This document shows positions 9,267 to 19,455 of a DNA stretch of 64,000 nucleotides, in pieces. The position numbers and the translations under genes are program-made. The notes under the pieces are model-generated. The model had not been told where the DNA came from and searched no databases. It saw only the letters and a program-made list of their open reading frames with translations. Positions within the stretch are counted from its first letter, which is position 1, and each line of letters begins with the position of its first letter. The stretch spans positions 608,001 to 672,000 of the forward strand of contig CAXXVD010000001.1 in the NCBI GenBank assembly GCA_963662335.2, written 5' to 3'. This stretch comes from Chloroflexota bacterium. Lineage in GTDB: Bacteria; Chloroflexota; UBA11872; VXOZ01.

Positions 9267-10676
9267 TTGTTCCAGCGAATAGTTCGTGTAGGATTGCTTG
9301 TGCTTCTGACACTGGCTGTTGTCGCATGCCAGCAAGACTCGATCAGATCCCAACAAGAGACAACTATCGGTGAGAGGATTCAAGCTAATGCAAGTCCTTC
9401 GCCTATAGCCATCGTCGTACCAACGGCAACACCCTATCCGACTCCAGATACTGCGCCAGACGGTGAGCCAAGTTTTGATTGTGGCCCACTGGGCATGGCT
9501 GGGCCTCACGCAGCTTCAGAAAGACTGACTCTGGCGTGGACGCCGGATAGCACTCAGATCTTATTCAACTACGCGCCTACAGACAGACAGCAATATGATG
9601 GGAAACCGCTCTTCTTAAGTGCCTTTTGGATGGTGGACGCGGCCGGCACGAGGTTGCAGATGCTTGTGGATTCCAATCCCGGCTATTACTCCGCTTACGG
9701 ATATCACGCTGACTTGTCCCCGGATGGTAAGCGGATTGCATACACTACTTGCGAGTTTGCTCACGAAGGATTCCTAGGTTACCGCGGCGAAAACATGGAA
9801 CGAGCACGATTCCTGTACGAGATTGCTGTCATCAACCTAGACGGTACTGGTCAGGAGCGGATCACGGCGAATAGATATCTTGAGCACTATCCAGTCTGGT
9901 CGCCCGATGGTTACCGCATCGCGCTCATTTCAAACTCTGCCGGGCCACACAGAACCCTTCGAAACGGCCGTACTGTACTCTACACAATATCGGCAGACGG
10001 ATCCGATTGGCAACGGGTGTCGGTGCCTGAACAAACCGGCTTGGCACTCGCGCCGCCGGCGTGGTCTCCCGATGGAGTGTACCTAGCGTTCGTGGCAGAT
10101 GGAGGAGAAAACCTATCGAATAGGAGTGTTTTGTATACCGTGAGGGCAGATGGGTCAGAAGGAGGCAGAATTGCAGATATTGCGACCAAGTCAGGTCTAC
10201 TGTGGCACTTGCCAACGCTACCCAGTTGGTCACCGGATGGTAAACACCTTGCATTTGTGAAGGCTGCCGGCAATGGCAGGTCTGGCGGCATCTACTTGGC
10301 ACGACCTGATGGCTCAAACTTGCAACAAGTGCTGCAACCGCAAGAGCCGAACTGGAACATCACTCAAGTCTTGTGGTCGCCAGATGGCTCGGAGATTCTT
10401 GCAGTATCGGATCAGCGGCTTTACTTCTTCCAACCGGACGGTAGCAGTCTGCGGACGGTGGAACTGAGGGTTGAAGAATTCTACGGCCCTAAGCGAATAG
10501 TTGCATGGGCGCCAAACAGTACCCGTATCGCAATCTACACACTGTTAGACAGTAGCAGTAACATACAGCCTCAGCTCTACACAGTAGCCCGGGACGGTAC
10601 CAACCGCCGCGACCTGATAACCCTGGACGCCGACGGCAACCTGGCTCCGGCCAACCCACCGCAGGGGGCACCATGA
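9267..10676 (+). CDS. TolB-like beta-propeller lipoprotein, array gene 4 (type B)
   Basis: GAGGA SD then TTG 9267; lipobox VVAC; FDCGP and TTCEF; WSPDG repeats. Confidence 0.88.
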   Translation: MFQRIVRVGLLVLLTLAVVACQQDSIRSQQETTIGERIQANASPSPIAIVVPTATPYPTPDTAPDGEPSFDCGPLGMAGPHAASERLTLAWTPDSTQILFNYAPTDRQQYDGKPLFLSAFWMVDAAGTRLQMLVDSNPGYYSAYGYHADLSPDGKRIAYTTCEFAHEGFLGYRGENMERARFLYEIAVINLDGTGQERITANRYLEHYPVWSPDGYRIALISNSAGPHRTLRNGRTVLYTISADGSDWQRVSVPEQTGLALAPPAWSPDGVYLAFVADGGENLSNRSVLYTVRADGSEGGRIADIATKSGLLWHLPTLPSWSPDGKHLAFVKAAGNGRSGGIYLARPDGSNLQQVLQPQEPNWNITQVLWSPDGSEILAVSDQRLYFFQPDGSSLRTVELRVEEFYGPKRIVAWAPNSTRIAIYTLLDSSSNIQPQLYTVARDGTNRRDLITLDADGNLAPANPPQGAP

Positions 10677-10752
10677 TGAACCCTAGCCGGATTGTCCACC
10701 GCATGCGCTGGACATCCTGGCGATCTATGCACTCTGCCAAAGCCGCGACTGA
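10676..10752 (+). pseudogene. Junction mini-ORF J4 (MNP/*PDCPPHALDILAIYALCQSRD*), internally deleted
   Basis: ATGAAC overlapping gene 4 stop; TAG at 10684 where other copies have the Glu of EPDC; motif in frame 10687-10752. Confidence 0.7.
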
Positions 10753-10768
10753 GGATTGGAGTGTCAAA

Positions 10769-12220
10769 GTGGGACGTCTGTGGCTGGTTCTGTTGGTGCT
10801 ATTGCTGTGTCTGGCCGCTTGCGCGGAGGACAAAAGCGAGACCAGAAACAAGATCAATGAAGAGCAGGCACGTGAACTTGCGGAGCAGCGTCGTGAGCGC
10901 GACAGGATTGCCTATGAAGAGAAGCTAAAGGAGATTGAGGAACTTCGCAGGAAGCGCGACCAAGAGCTGATAGATAGCAATTTCGGGCATCCTCGCCTGC
11001 CGTGCGGAATGTCTCAGTTGGGCTATCCCCCGGTTGCCTACCACGACAATTTCTTGGTGTGGACGCCGGACGGTACACGTCTCATATTCGATGGAGGACC
11101 AGAGGCAATATGGGAGGTGAATACTGAAGGAACCGCGGTGAGAAGGCTCTTTGACATTAATCCAAATGGGAATCGACCCTACGTAGATGAGACTAAGTTA
11201 CCCTACGGCTTCTTTGCCGACGTTTCACCGAACGGAAAACTAATCGTCAGTGGCATTTGCAGGAATGACACTGGCAGGCCGATCGAACACTATGAGATCG
11301 CCGTATTCGACCTGCGCGATGGCGGGAGGCAGCTTCTCACGGACAATGCCATTCTCGACCGCTACCCGGTGTGGTCGCCGGACGGCAGCCGGATCGCCTA
11401 CGTTAGTTTCGCGAGATATTTTGGCTTACACCACCGACTCTACACAGTGGCAGCGGACGGGTCGGACAGGCGGATCGCGACTTCCGTGCCGGTTACGTTC
11501 TATCCGGCGCAAACTGCGGCTGAAGAGAAAGACGCAGCGGTACCCAAGTTAAGAGGAATTGCGCTGTTTCCGCCAGCGTGGTCACCGGACGGCAAGAAGC
11601 TGGCGTTCCTGGTATACGAAGAATCTGAAGTGAAGTACGATCCGCGTCGGAAGATACTCTACACCGTGCGGGCAGACGGTTCGGAGTTGGCACGGATAGC
11701 CGAGGATGTCGTAAGCGTGGCATCGTGGTCGCCGGACGGGCAACGGCTGGCGGTGGCCAAGTACGCCGGGGAAGCAAGAGAAGGCGTTGCGCTCTTCACG
11801 CTGGCAGCCGACGGTTCCGACGAGAAAGAGATTGCTACCATCACGGACAGCATCAGCGCATTCCGTAGCAGCTATGAGTGGAAAGTCCACACGGTGTCGT
11901 GGTCACCAGATGGGACACAGATCCTCTACTCCTGTGATGAGGGCGCGTGCGTTGTTACTTTGGAGGATGGGCAGGTGACCGGGTTGGTAACAGAACTGGA
12001 GTTGCGTGACAACGCGCCGTACATTGCAGCCTGGTCTCCCGATGGCACGCGCATCGCCGTATACGATCCAATTGGCCCCACAGCTAGCTATCCCGGCTAC
12101 GAGATGCCACCCGCGCTCTATACGGTGGCCCCAGACGGCACTGACCGTCACGATTTGCTACGCTTGGATGATAAGGGCAACCTGATGCCCGCGAACCCGC
12201 AACAATTAGAGGGATCATGA
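10769..12220 (+). CDS. TolB-like beta-propeller lipoprotein, array gene 5 (type A) with charged coiled-coil N-terminal stalk
   Basis: GGAG SD then GTG 10769; lipobox LAAC; EEQARELAEQRRERDR... stalk; LPCGM and GICRN; YSCDEGAC motif. Confidence 0.9.
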   Translation: MGRLWLVLLVLLLCLAACAEDKSETRNKINEEQARELAEQRRERDRIAYEEKLKEIEELRRKRDQELIDSNFGHPRLPCGMSQLGYPPVAYHDNFLVWTPDGTRLIFDGGPEAIWEVNTEGTAVRRLFDINPNGNRPYVDETKLPYGFFADVSPNGKLIVSGICRNDTGRPIEHYEIAVFDLRDGGRQLLTDNAILDRYPVWSPDGSRIAYVSFARYFGLHHRLYTVAADGSDRRIATSVPVTFYPAQTAAEEKDAAVPKLRGIALFPPAWSPDGKKLAFLVYEESEVKYDPRRKILYTVRADGSELARIAEDVVSVASWSPDGQRLAVAKYAGEAREGVALFTLAADGSDEKEIATITDSISAFRSSYEWKVHTVSWSPDGTQILYSCDEGACVVTLEDGQVTGLVTELELRDNAPYIAAWSPDGTRIAVYDPIGPTASYPGYEMPPALYTVAPDGTDRHDLLRLDDKGNLMPANPQQLEGS

Positions 12221-12345
12221 TGGAAGTCTACGAGATGTCCCCTGCTCTCGCAGATGTCTTTGGCGGCTGAATGGCATTCTGTGAGCCGGTTTGCACACCA
12301 CTCCGTTCGACTTCATGTCGATTTACGGCCTCTGTCCAATGCGTT
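12220..12345 (+). pseudogene. Junction mini-ORF J5 (MEVYEMSPALADVFGG*MAFCEPVCTP/PFDFMSIYGLC), decayed
   Basis: ATG overlapping gene 5 stop is in frame with EPVC; one stop, then a 1-nt deletion before PFD. Confidence 0.6.
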
Positions 12346-12353
12346 ATAAGGAA

Positions 12354-13733
12354 ATGGAGAGAAGGTTCGTGGATTTCGGACAAGAACAGACAAAACTGAC
12401 CCTGTTAGTAATTGTAATACTCGTCTTGGGTATGGTCGGCTGTGGGGAAGCAGCAGCACCTCCACATAAGCGAATAGTAAAGGATCATCCCGCATATCCT
12501 TGCGGTCCGTACTGGAACGGAGTTGGTTCCCTTGATGGTTTTCTCCATTGGATACCTGATGGCTCCGGTCTAATATTTGGACAGGAGGGGGAGATTTGGA
12601 CAACGGATAACAGCGGCAGTTCGCTGCGGCGGATTGCTCATTCCAGTTCCGACTACGAGTCTGCCATCGGCTCCTATGCGGATGTGTCGCCAAACGGCGA
12701 CAAGATCGTCTATGCGACGTGCGAGTATCGGACAGAAGAAGCCAGAGAATACGGATCAAATCCCGAGCGAAGCAAATACAACTTCGAGATCGCCGTTGTT
12801 GACTTGGCAAGCGGGGAAAAACAGCGGCTGACAACGAACGTGTACCTTGATCACTACCCGGTTTGGTCACCCGATGGCGCCCACATTGCTTTCATTGCAA
12901 ACCCACGCACTTGGGGCCGCTCCATAGGGGAAAACTCGGAAGTCTATATGATGAGGACGGATGGATCGGACGTGCGGCTGCTAGCTTCCACCTTAAACGA
13001 AGTGAGCACTGGGAGATGGGAAACAAACGCCATCGCAAACAGTCTGAAGAGATCCAAGGGAGAGAAGATTGAGGAATCTGTTGAGCCGTGGCTAGGCGCG
13101 GTAGCCTTGGCGCCGCCGGTGTGGTCCCCAGTCGGTGAGCACGTGGCTTTTCTGGTTGGAGAAGGTCCAGGCCCTAACTTACATGATCGGGCAGTTCTCT
13201 ATACGGTTCGGCCAGATGGATCGGAGTTGACACGGATTGCGGAAGCGATGTTCCCGCCGTCGTGGTCACCAGACGGCAACTTCCTTGTCTTCGTTAGGGC
13301 AGACGAGGAGGGCAAGGCCGCAGGCGTTTACACTGCCCGTCCCGATGGTACCGAACTAGCACAGATCCTGGCGACACAAGAACCTGAGTGGGTAATCACT
13401 CAAGTGCTGTGGTCACCGGATGGGCAGGAAATCCTTGCAGTCTCGGAGCAGCGGCTCGATTTTCTCCAGCCTGATGGCAGTGGTTTGCGAACTATCGACA
13501 TGGCGCTAGATCCAGAATCGCTCGCGGCTGGGCTCAGACCCAGCTTTGGGCTGATTGCCGCATGGTCGCCGGATAGCGCACGCATTGCCTTTTATGTCCC
13601 ACTTCACGAGCGCTATGAAGTGCCATTAACACTCTACACCCTGGCGCGAGACGGAAAAGACAGGCGCGACCTGGTCACTCTGGATGAAGACGGCAACCTG
13701 GCCCCAGCCAAGCCGCCACAGCAGTCCGAGTGA
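12354..13733 (+). CDS. TolB-like beta-propeller lipoprotein, array gene 6 (type B C-half, gene-1-like insert)
   Basis: Lipobox MVGC, YPCGP and ATCEY, WSPDG repeats; start is ATG 12354 or GTG 12369. Confidence 0.88.
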   Translation: MERRFVDFGQEQTKLTLLVIVILVLGMVGCGEAAAPPHKRIVKDHPAYPCGPYWNGVGSLDGFLHWIPDGSGLIFGQEGEIWTTDNSGSSLRRIAHSSSDYESAIGSYADVSPNGDKIVYATCEYRTEEAREYGSNPERSKYNFEIAVVDLASGEKQRLTTNVYLDHYPVWSPDGAHIAFIANPRTWGRSIGENSEVYMMRTDGSDVRLLASTLNEVSTGRWETNAIANSLKRSKGEKIEESVEPWLGAVALAPPVWSPVGEHVAFLVGEGPGPNLHDRAVLYTVRPDGSELTRIAEAMFPPSWSPDGNFLVFVRADEEGKAAGVYTARPDGTELAQILATQEPEWVITQVLWSPDGQEILAVSEQRLDFLQPDGSGLRTIDMALDPESLAAGLRPSFGLIAAWSPDSARIAFYVPLHERYEVPLTLYTLARDGKDRRDLVTLDEDGNLAPAKPPQQSE

Positions 13734-13814
13734 TGACCTATGCAATAGCACTCGTTGCATTTGTACCGCACGGGTTGTTGGGAGTGTCCCTTCTCCTTTT
13801 TCCCCTACTCCTAC

Positions 13815-15357
<1,543 letters not shown>

Positions 15358-15362
<5 letters not shown>

Positions 15363-16185
15363 GGTGGTCTACCCTGGGGCCGACTTCAAGCGCGCGCAGG
15401 TCGCGCACCATCTGCGCCAAGCCGCGCACCGCCGCCGCCAGGAACTTTTCGCCTTTTTCGGCAGTGGCCACCGTGGGATCGCCGCGAATGCCGGTCTTGG
15501 AAAACGTGCTCCAATAGGGCATGGCCGCCGCGTCGTTGGCGCCCTCCGGGCGGCCCGCCACCAGGTCGATCCATCCGCCCAGGCTCAGGGGCATTGCGGG
15601 CGGGATTTCCGCCGCCGCCTTATCCATGTAGACGTTCTCCGGGTCGATTGCCAGGTAGAGGCTCGTTTCGAATTCGCCGCCGTGGGCCATGCCGCCGTGG
15701 GGCGAATCGCGCAGTTCGGCCACCACCTTGCGCACCTCGGCGATGCCCCAGTGGTTCATGGCATACACTAGCCCGGCGCCGTCGGTCTCGATTACCGCCA
15801 GGCGCGCGGCAACCTCGGTAAAAGCGGTGTTGCTGCCGTGCCCGTTAAGGATGATGACGCGCTCGAAGCCGTGATGGATGAGCGATTTGCAAATGTCCAC
15901 CAGGTAGCGGATGAAAACGTGGCCGTCCACGTGGGTCACGCCGGGAAAGTCCAGGTGGTGCGGGTCGTAGCCGTGGGCGACCACGGGCACCACCACGCAC
16001 TCGTCCGGTATTGTCGCCCCTACGCGCTCGCAAATGGTCTCGGGCAGCAGCACGTCCACGTCCAGCGGCAGGTGCGGGCCGTGGTCCTCCACGCAGCCGG
16101 TGGGCAGCAAGGCCACCCGCTTCTGCGCCGCCGCTTCCTTGGTTTCCGGCCAGGTCATCTTGCCGTATAGGTATTTGGTTGCCAT
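15358..16185 (-). CDS. Creatininase/MftE family amidohydrolase
   Basis: [23 protein letters not shown] and HGGEFETS metal motifs. Confidence 0.92.
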
Positions 16186-16328
16186 GCGGTGGTCTCCCCT
16201 CTACTCATGGTCGCTCGTGGCGAATTGGTTGTGAGCGCGCAGCACACGTTCGATTATAGACTGTGCGGGGCGCGGGGTGTTTTTCTACGCGTGGTTTTCC
16301 CCGCTCTTGCGTCAGAGCGGGGCAAGAG

Positions 16329-16442
16329 GCGGGGGACAAGCCCCCGCGCTACGTTAGTGCGACAACATTGGGGACAAGCCCCCGCGCTACTGGAATTGCC
16401 GCGTCCGGGGAATCACAGAGGGCTGGCGCTCCGCCAGCCCTC
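16329..16442. repeat. REP-like palindromes (two reversed GTAGCGCGGGGGCTTGTCCCC copies plus a GAGGGCTGGC..GCCAGCCCTC hairpin)
   Basis: Direct inspection; the second hairpin recurs at ~16890-16915. Confidence 0.75.
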
Positions 16443-16495
16443 TTCTCTATCCTTACATTGCCTCTGCATTCTGCGCCGGAGGCGGCTTTCGCCCT

Positions 16496-16747
16496 CTATT
16501 CGGCGGAAGGTGGTGGAGATGCCGGAGGAATAGTCTGCCTGCCCATGAGCCAGCCCTCGATAGCGGAAACACGTTGCTCCAATCCGCCCAATCTGTTTTC
16601 GATCTGCGTAAACCGGTTGTCGACCCGGTTTTCAAATTGCCGAAACTCATCGCACAGCTTGTTCTGTCCATCGATAACAAAGCGGATGATGGTAAGCGCA
16701 GCGACTACTATTGCCGCAAGTGTCGCCCAAAACTCGTAGTTATCCAC
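16496..16747 (-). CDS. Small membrane-anchored coiled-coil protein
   Basis: GAGGAG SD; N-terminal TM followed by heptad-like FENRVDNRFTQIENRLGGLEQRVSAIEG. Confidence 0.7.
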   Translation of the reverse strand: MDNYEFWATLAAIVVAALTIIRFVIDGQNKLCDEFRQFENRVDNRFTQIENRLGGLEQRVSAIEGWLMGRQTIPPASPPPSAE

Positions 16748-16951
16748 TTTACATCTCCTCGCGCCAATGCAATCACGTACGCCTCCTAGCCCGATTATAC
16801 AGGAGGAGGCGGATGTATGCTACGGGAAAGCGACGTTGCCCGACTGCCGACACGTAACCTCTCGAGAATTGCGCGGCGCATTGAAGGACAGAGGGCTGGC
16901 AAGACGCCAGCCCTCCGTTCTTCCTATTCAGCCCAGTTGCGTCCAGGGAGA

Positions 16952-18226
16952 TTAGTCTACCGCGACCTCCTCCATGCGGACGCTCTCGATGCCGCCGCCG
17001 GCGTACTTCCACACCTCGATGGGCGTAGCCACGTCGCCGTTGGCGTCGAAGTCGTGGGCGCCGGCCGCGCCCTCGTAGTTGATGCTGTTACCGGCCCGGA
17101 TGGCCGCGATGGCCGCCTTCACGCCGTCGGCGCCGGCCGCCGCCGCGTCACCGCCGGGATTGGCAACCGTGCGCAGCATGTCGCGCACCGCAGCGGGCGT
17201 AACCTCCGCGCCGGAGACTTCCACCGCCAGCGCCGCCAGCGCCGCGATGACGATCGAGTCATAGACGTTGGTCATGAACGGCAACGGCGGCAATTCGCCG
17301 TACTTGGCCTGGTAGTCCTCAGTGAAGAGCGCCAGCGACGGCGTATCGGCGGAACCGGGGGCCGTGCCCAACATGCCTTCCAGATTCTCAGCGCCGACCG
17401 CCTCGATGATCTCCTGCGATTTGGTGCCGTCCACAAAGAGGAACGTCTTGATGAAGTCGTTCTCGATGGCCTCGCGCAGGTAGATGGTGGCGTGGCCGGC
17501 GTAGCTCAGCGCCAGCAGCGCTTGCGGCTCGCCCTCGATCGCCCGGCGCAGTTCCGCCACGTAGCTGGGGGCGTCGGCTTCATCGTGGGGCACGGCGGCG
17601 CTCACCGTGCCGCCGGCCGCCTCGAACGCCGCCTGGAAGTTATCCTTCAAGCCCTGGCCGTAGGGATTGTTCACGTAGAGGATGGCCACGTTCGTGTAGC
17701 CCTGCTCGATGGCCACGCCCGCCAACACCACGCCTTGCAGCGCGTCCGAGGGCGCAGTGCGGAAGAGGAAGTCCTGGCCCTCGTCGGCGGGCAAAATCGT
17801 CAGCAGCGGTGAGGTAGAGGCGTACGAAATCTGCGGCACGCCCTTGGGAATCGTCACCGCCTCGGCCACCGCCAGACTGGCACTGCTGGCCGCCGCGCCC
17901 ACCACCGCGTGCACCTGGTCTACGTCCACCAGTTTGCGCGCCGCTTCTACGGCTGCGGTGGGATTGGTCTCGGTATCGCCGTAGACGATCTCAACCGCGT
18001 AGCCGCCGGCCGCCAGGTGGTCCGCGGCCAGGTCCGCCGCCTTCTGGAAGGCCGCGCCAAATTCGCCCAACGGCCCGGTAAAGGGCAGCAGCACGCCAAT
18101 CTTGACCGGGGCCGCCGGTTCTTCTTCAACGGCATCCGGCTCCGCGGCCGGCGTGGTCGCGCAAGCTGCCAACAGCAAGACGCTTGCGCTCAGGTACAGT
18201 GTCAACGTTCGCAAAAGTCGCAACAT
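16952..18226 (-). CDS. Branched-chain amino acid type ABC substrate-binding lipoprotein
   Basis: GGAGGT SD, lipobox LAAC, KIGVLLPFTGPLG, SYASTSP, FRTAPSD. Confidence 0.92.
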   Translation of the reverse strand: MLRLLRTLTLYLSASVLLLAACATTPAAEPDAVEEEPAAPVKIGVLLPFTGPLGEFGAAFQKAADLAADHLAAGGYAVEIVYGDTETNPTAAVEAARKLVDVDQVHAVVGAAASSASLAVAEAVTIPKGVPQISYASTSPLLTILPADEGQDFLFRTAPSDALQGVVLAGVAIEQGYTNVAILYVNNPYGQGLKDNFQAAFEAAGGTVSAAVPHDEADAPSYVAELRRAIEGEPQALLALSYAGHATIYLREAIENDFIKTFLFVDGTKSQEIIEAVGAENLEGMLGTAPGSADTPSLALFTEDYQAKYGELPPLPFMTNVYDSIVIAALAALAVEVSGAEVTPAAVRDMLRTVANPGGDAAAAGADGVKAAIAAIRAGNSINYEGAAGAHDFDANGDVATPIEVWKYAGGGIESVRMEEVAVD

Positions 18227-18407
18227 TGCGATTACCTCCTCGCTAAGGTGTGCTCATCCGTCTAAGTCTAGGGTATAGCAGCCCACTTGTAGCGTCAACC
18301 ATTGCGGCGGGCACAACGAAAGACCGCCCGCATGACGACCCTGATTCTGGTAGCATACGCTAAAGTTGCATGTTTCTAAGCTAGCCGGAACGAGGGGGAG
18401 ACACGAC

Positions 18408-19412
18408 GTGCCGAAACCGGACGTATTCATTGCGATCACGCAGACGTTGCGGAGCAGCCTCTTTTCGCCGGAGAGTGAAGCGCGCCTGGCGGCGGCTTTC
18501 AATGTGCGCGGCGGTGACCACGACGAAAAGCTAACGAGCGCGGACCTGGCGGAACGAATTGGCGGCTGCACGGCGCTCATCACCGGCTGGGGCACGCCGG
18601 AGATTACGCCTGAAGTCTTGAGCGCCGCGAGCGACCTGCGCATTATCGCCCACAGCGCGGGCAGCGTGCGGCGGCTCATCCCCAAGGCGGCGCTGGCGCA
18701 AGGCATCGCCGTCACCCACGCCGCGCCCATGATTGCGGAAGCGGTGGCCGAGTTCACGGTGCTCGGCATGTTGCTGGGCTTGCGCTGGCCGCAGCGCCAG
18801 AACGCCTGGATGCACGCCGGCAAACCGTGGTCGGAGTGCCGCGCCACCGGCGGAAACCTGCTGGAAGCGCAGCGGGTGGGACTGATCGGCTGCGGCTACG
18901 TGGCGCAGCGCGTCATCGAGAAGCTAGCGGGCTTTGGGATGCCGATTAGCGTCTATGACCCGTATCTGCCGGACGAACGCGCGGCGGAACTCGGCGTGAC
19001 GCGGGTCTCATTGGCAACGCTCTTCAGCACGTGCCGCGTCATCGCCAATCACGCGCCCACCACGCCGGAGACGGACGGCATGGTGACGGCGGCGCACTTC
19101 GGGGCCATGCAAGACGGCGCGGTGTTCATCAACAACGCCCGCGCCAGGGCCATAGACCAAGACGCCATGACTGCCGAACTGGCCACCGGCCGCATCCGCG
19201 CCGTGCTGGACGTCTTCAATCCGGAACCGCTGGCTCCGGATAGCCCCCTGCGCGGCATGGAGAACGTCTTCCTGACCCCCCACATGGCGGGCCAGACCGA
19301 CGATACGCGCCTGCGCCAAGGCGCGGCCATGGTGGACGAGTTGGAAAGCTTCCTGAACGATGCGCCGCTGCGCTACCCGATTACGCTGGAAACCTACGAC
19401 CGGATGGCGTGA
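18408..19412 (+). CDS. D-isomer-specific 2-hydroxyacid dehydrogenase
   Basis: GLIGCGYVA Rossmann motif, catalytic R (NNAR), E (PEP), TPHMAG. Confidence 0.92.
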   Translation: MPKPDVFIAITQTLRSSLFSPESEARLAAAFNVRGGDHDEKLTSADLAERIGGCTALITGWGTPEITPEVLSAASDLRIIAHSAGSVRRLIPKAALAQGIAVTHAAPMIAEAVAEFTVLGMLLGLRWPQRQNAWMHAGKPWSECRATGGNLLEAQRVGLIGCGYVAQRVIEKLAGFGMPISVYDPYLPDERAAELGVTRVSLATLFSTCRVIANHAPTTPETDGMVTAAHFGAMQDGAVFINNARARAIDQDAMTAELATGRIRAVLDVFNPEPLAPDSPLRGMENVFLTPHMAGQTDDTRLRQGAAMVDELESFLNDAPLRYPITLETYDRMA

Positions 19413-19455
19413 GCGGGGCGTGAAAGGCAAGGAAGCCGCCAGCCGCGCGAGACGG

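Noticed and set aside
4839-12353. ORF-track N-terminal extensions of the array genes (LTVHHTRLTSW...) as a conserved leader
   Set aside because: This is a shifted frame of the DILAIYAL segment. It is out of frame for gene 3, its changes are non-synonymous, and SD-linked starts with signal peptides lie downstream.
4905-13733. Genuine tolB of a Tol-Pal system, or S9 peptidases
   Set aside because: No tolQRA or pal, no TolB N-terminal domain, and no alpha/beta-hydrolase GxSxG domain; these are lipoproteins with propeller blades only.
4722-13790. Integron cassette array
   Set aside because: I could not find attC-type RYYYAAC...GTTRRRY palindromes at the junctions, and there is no intI.
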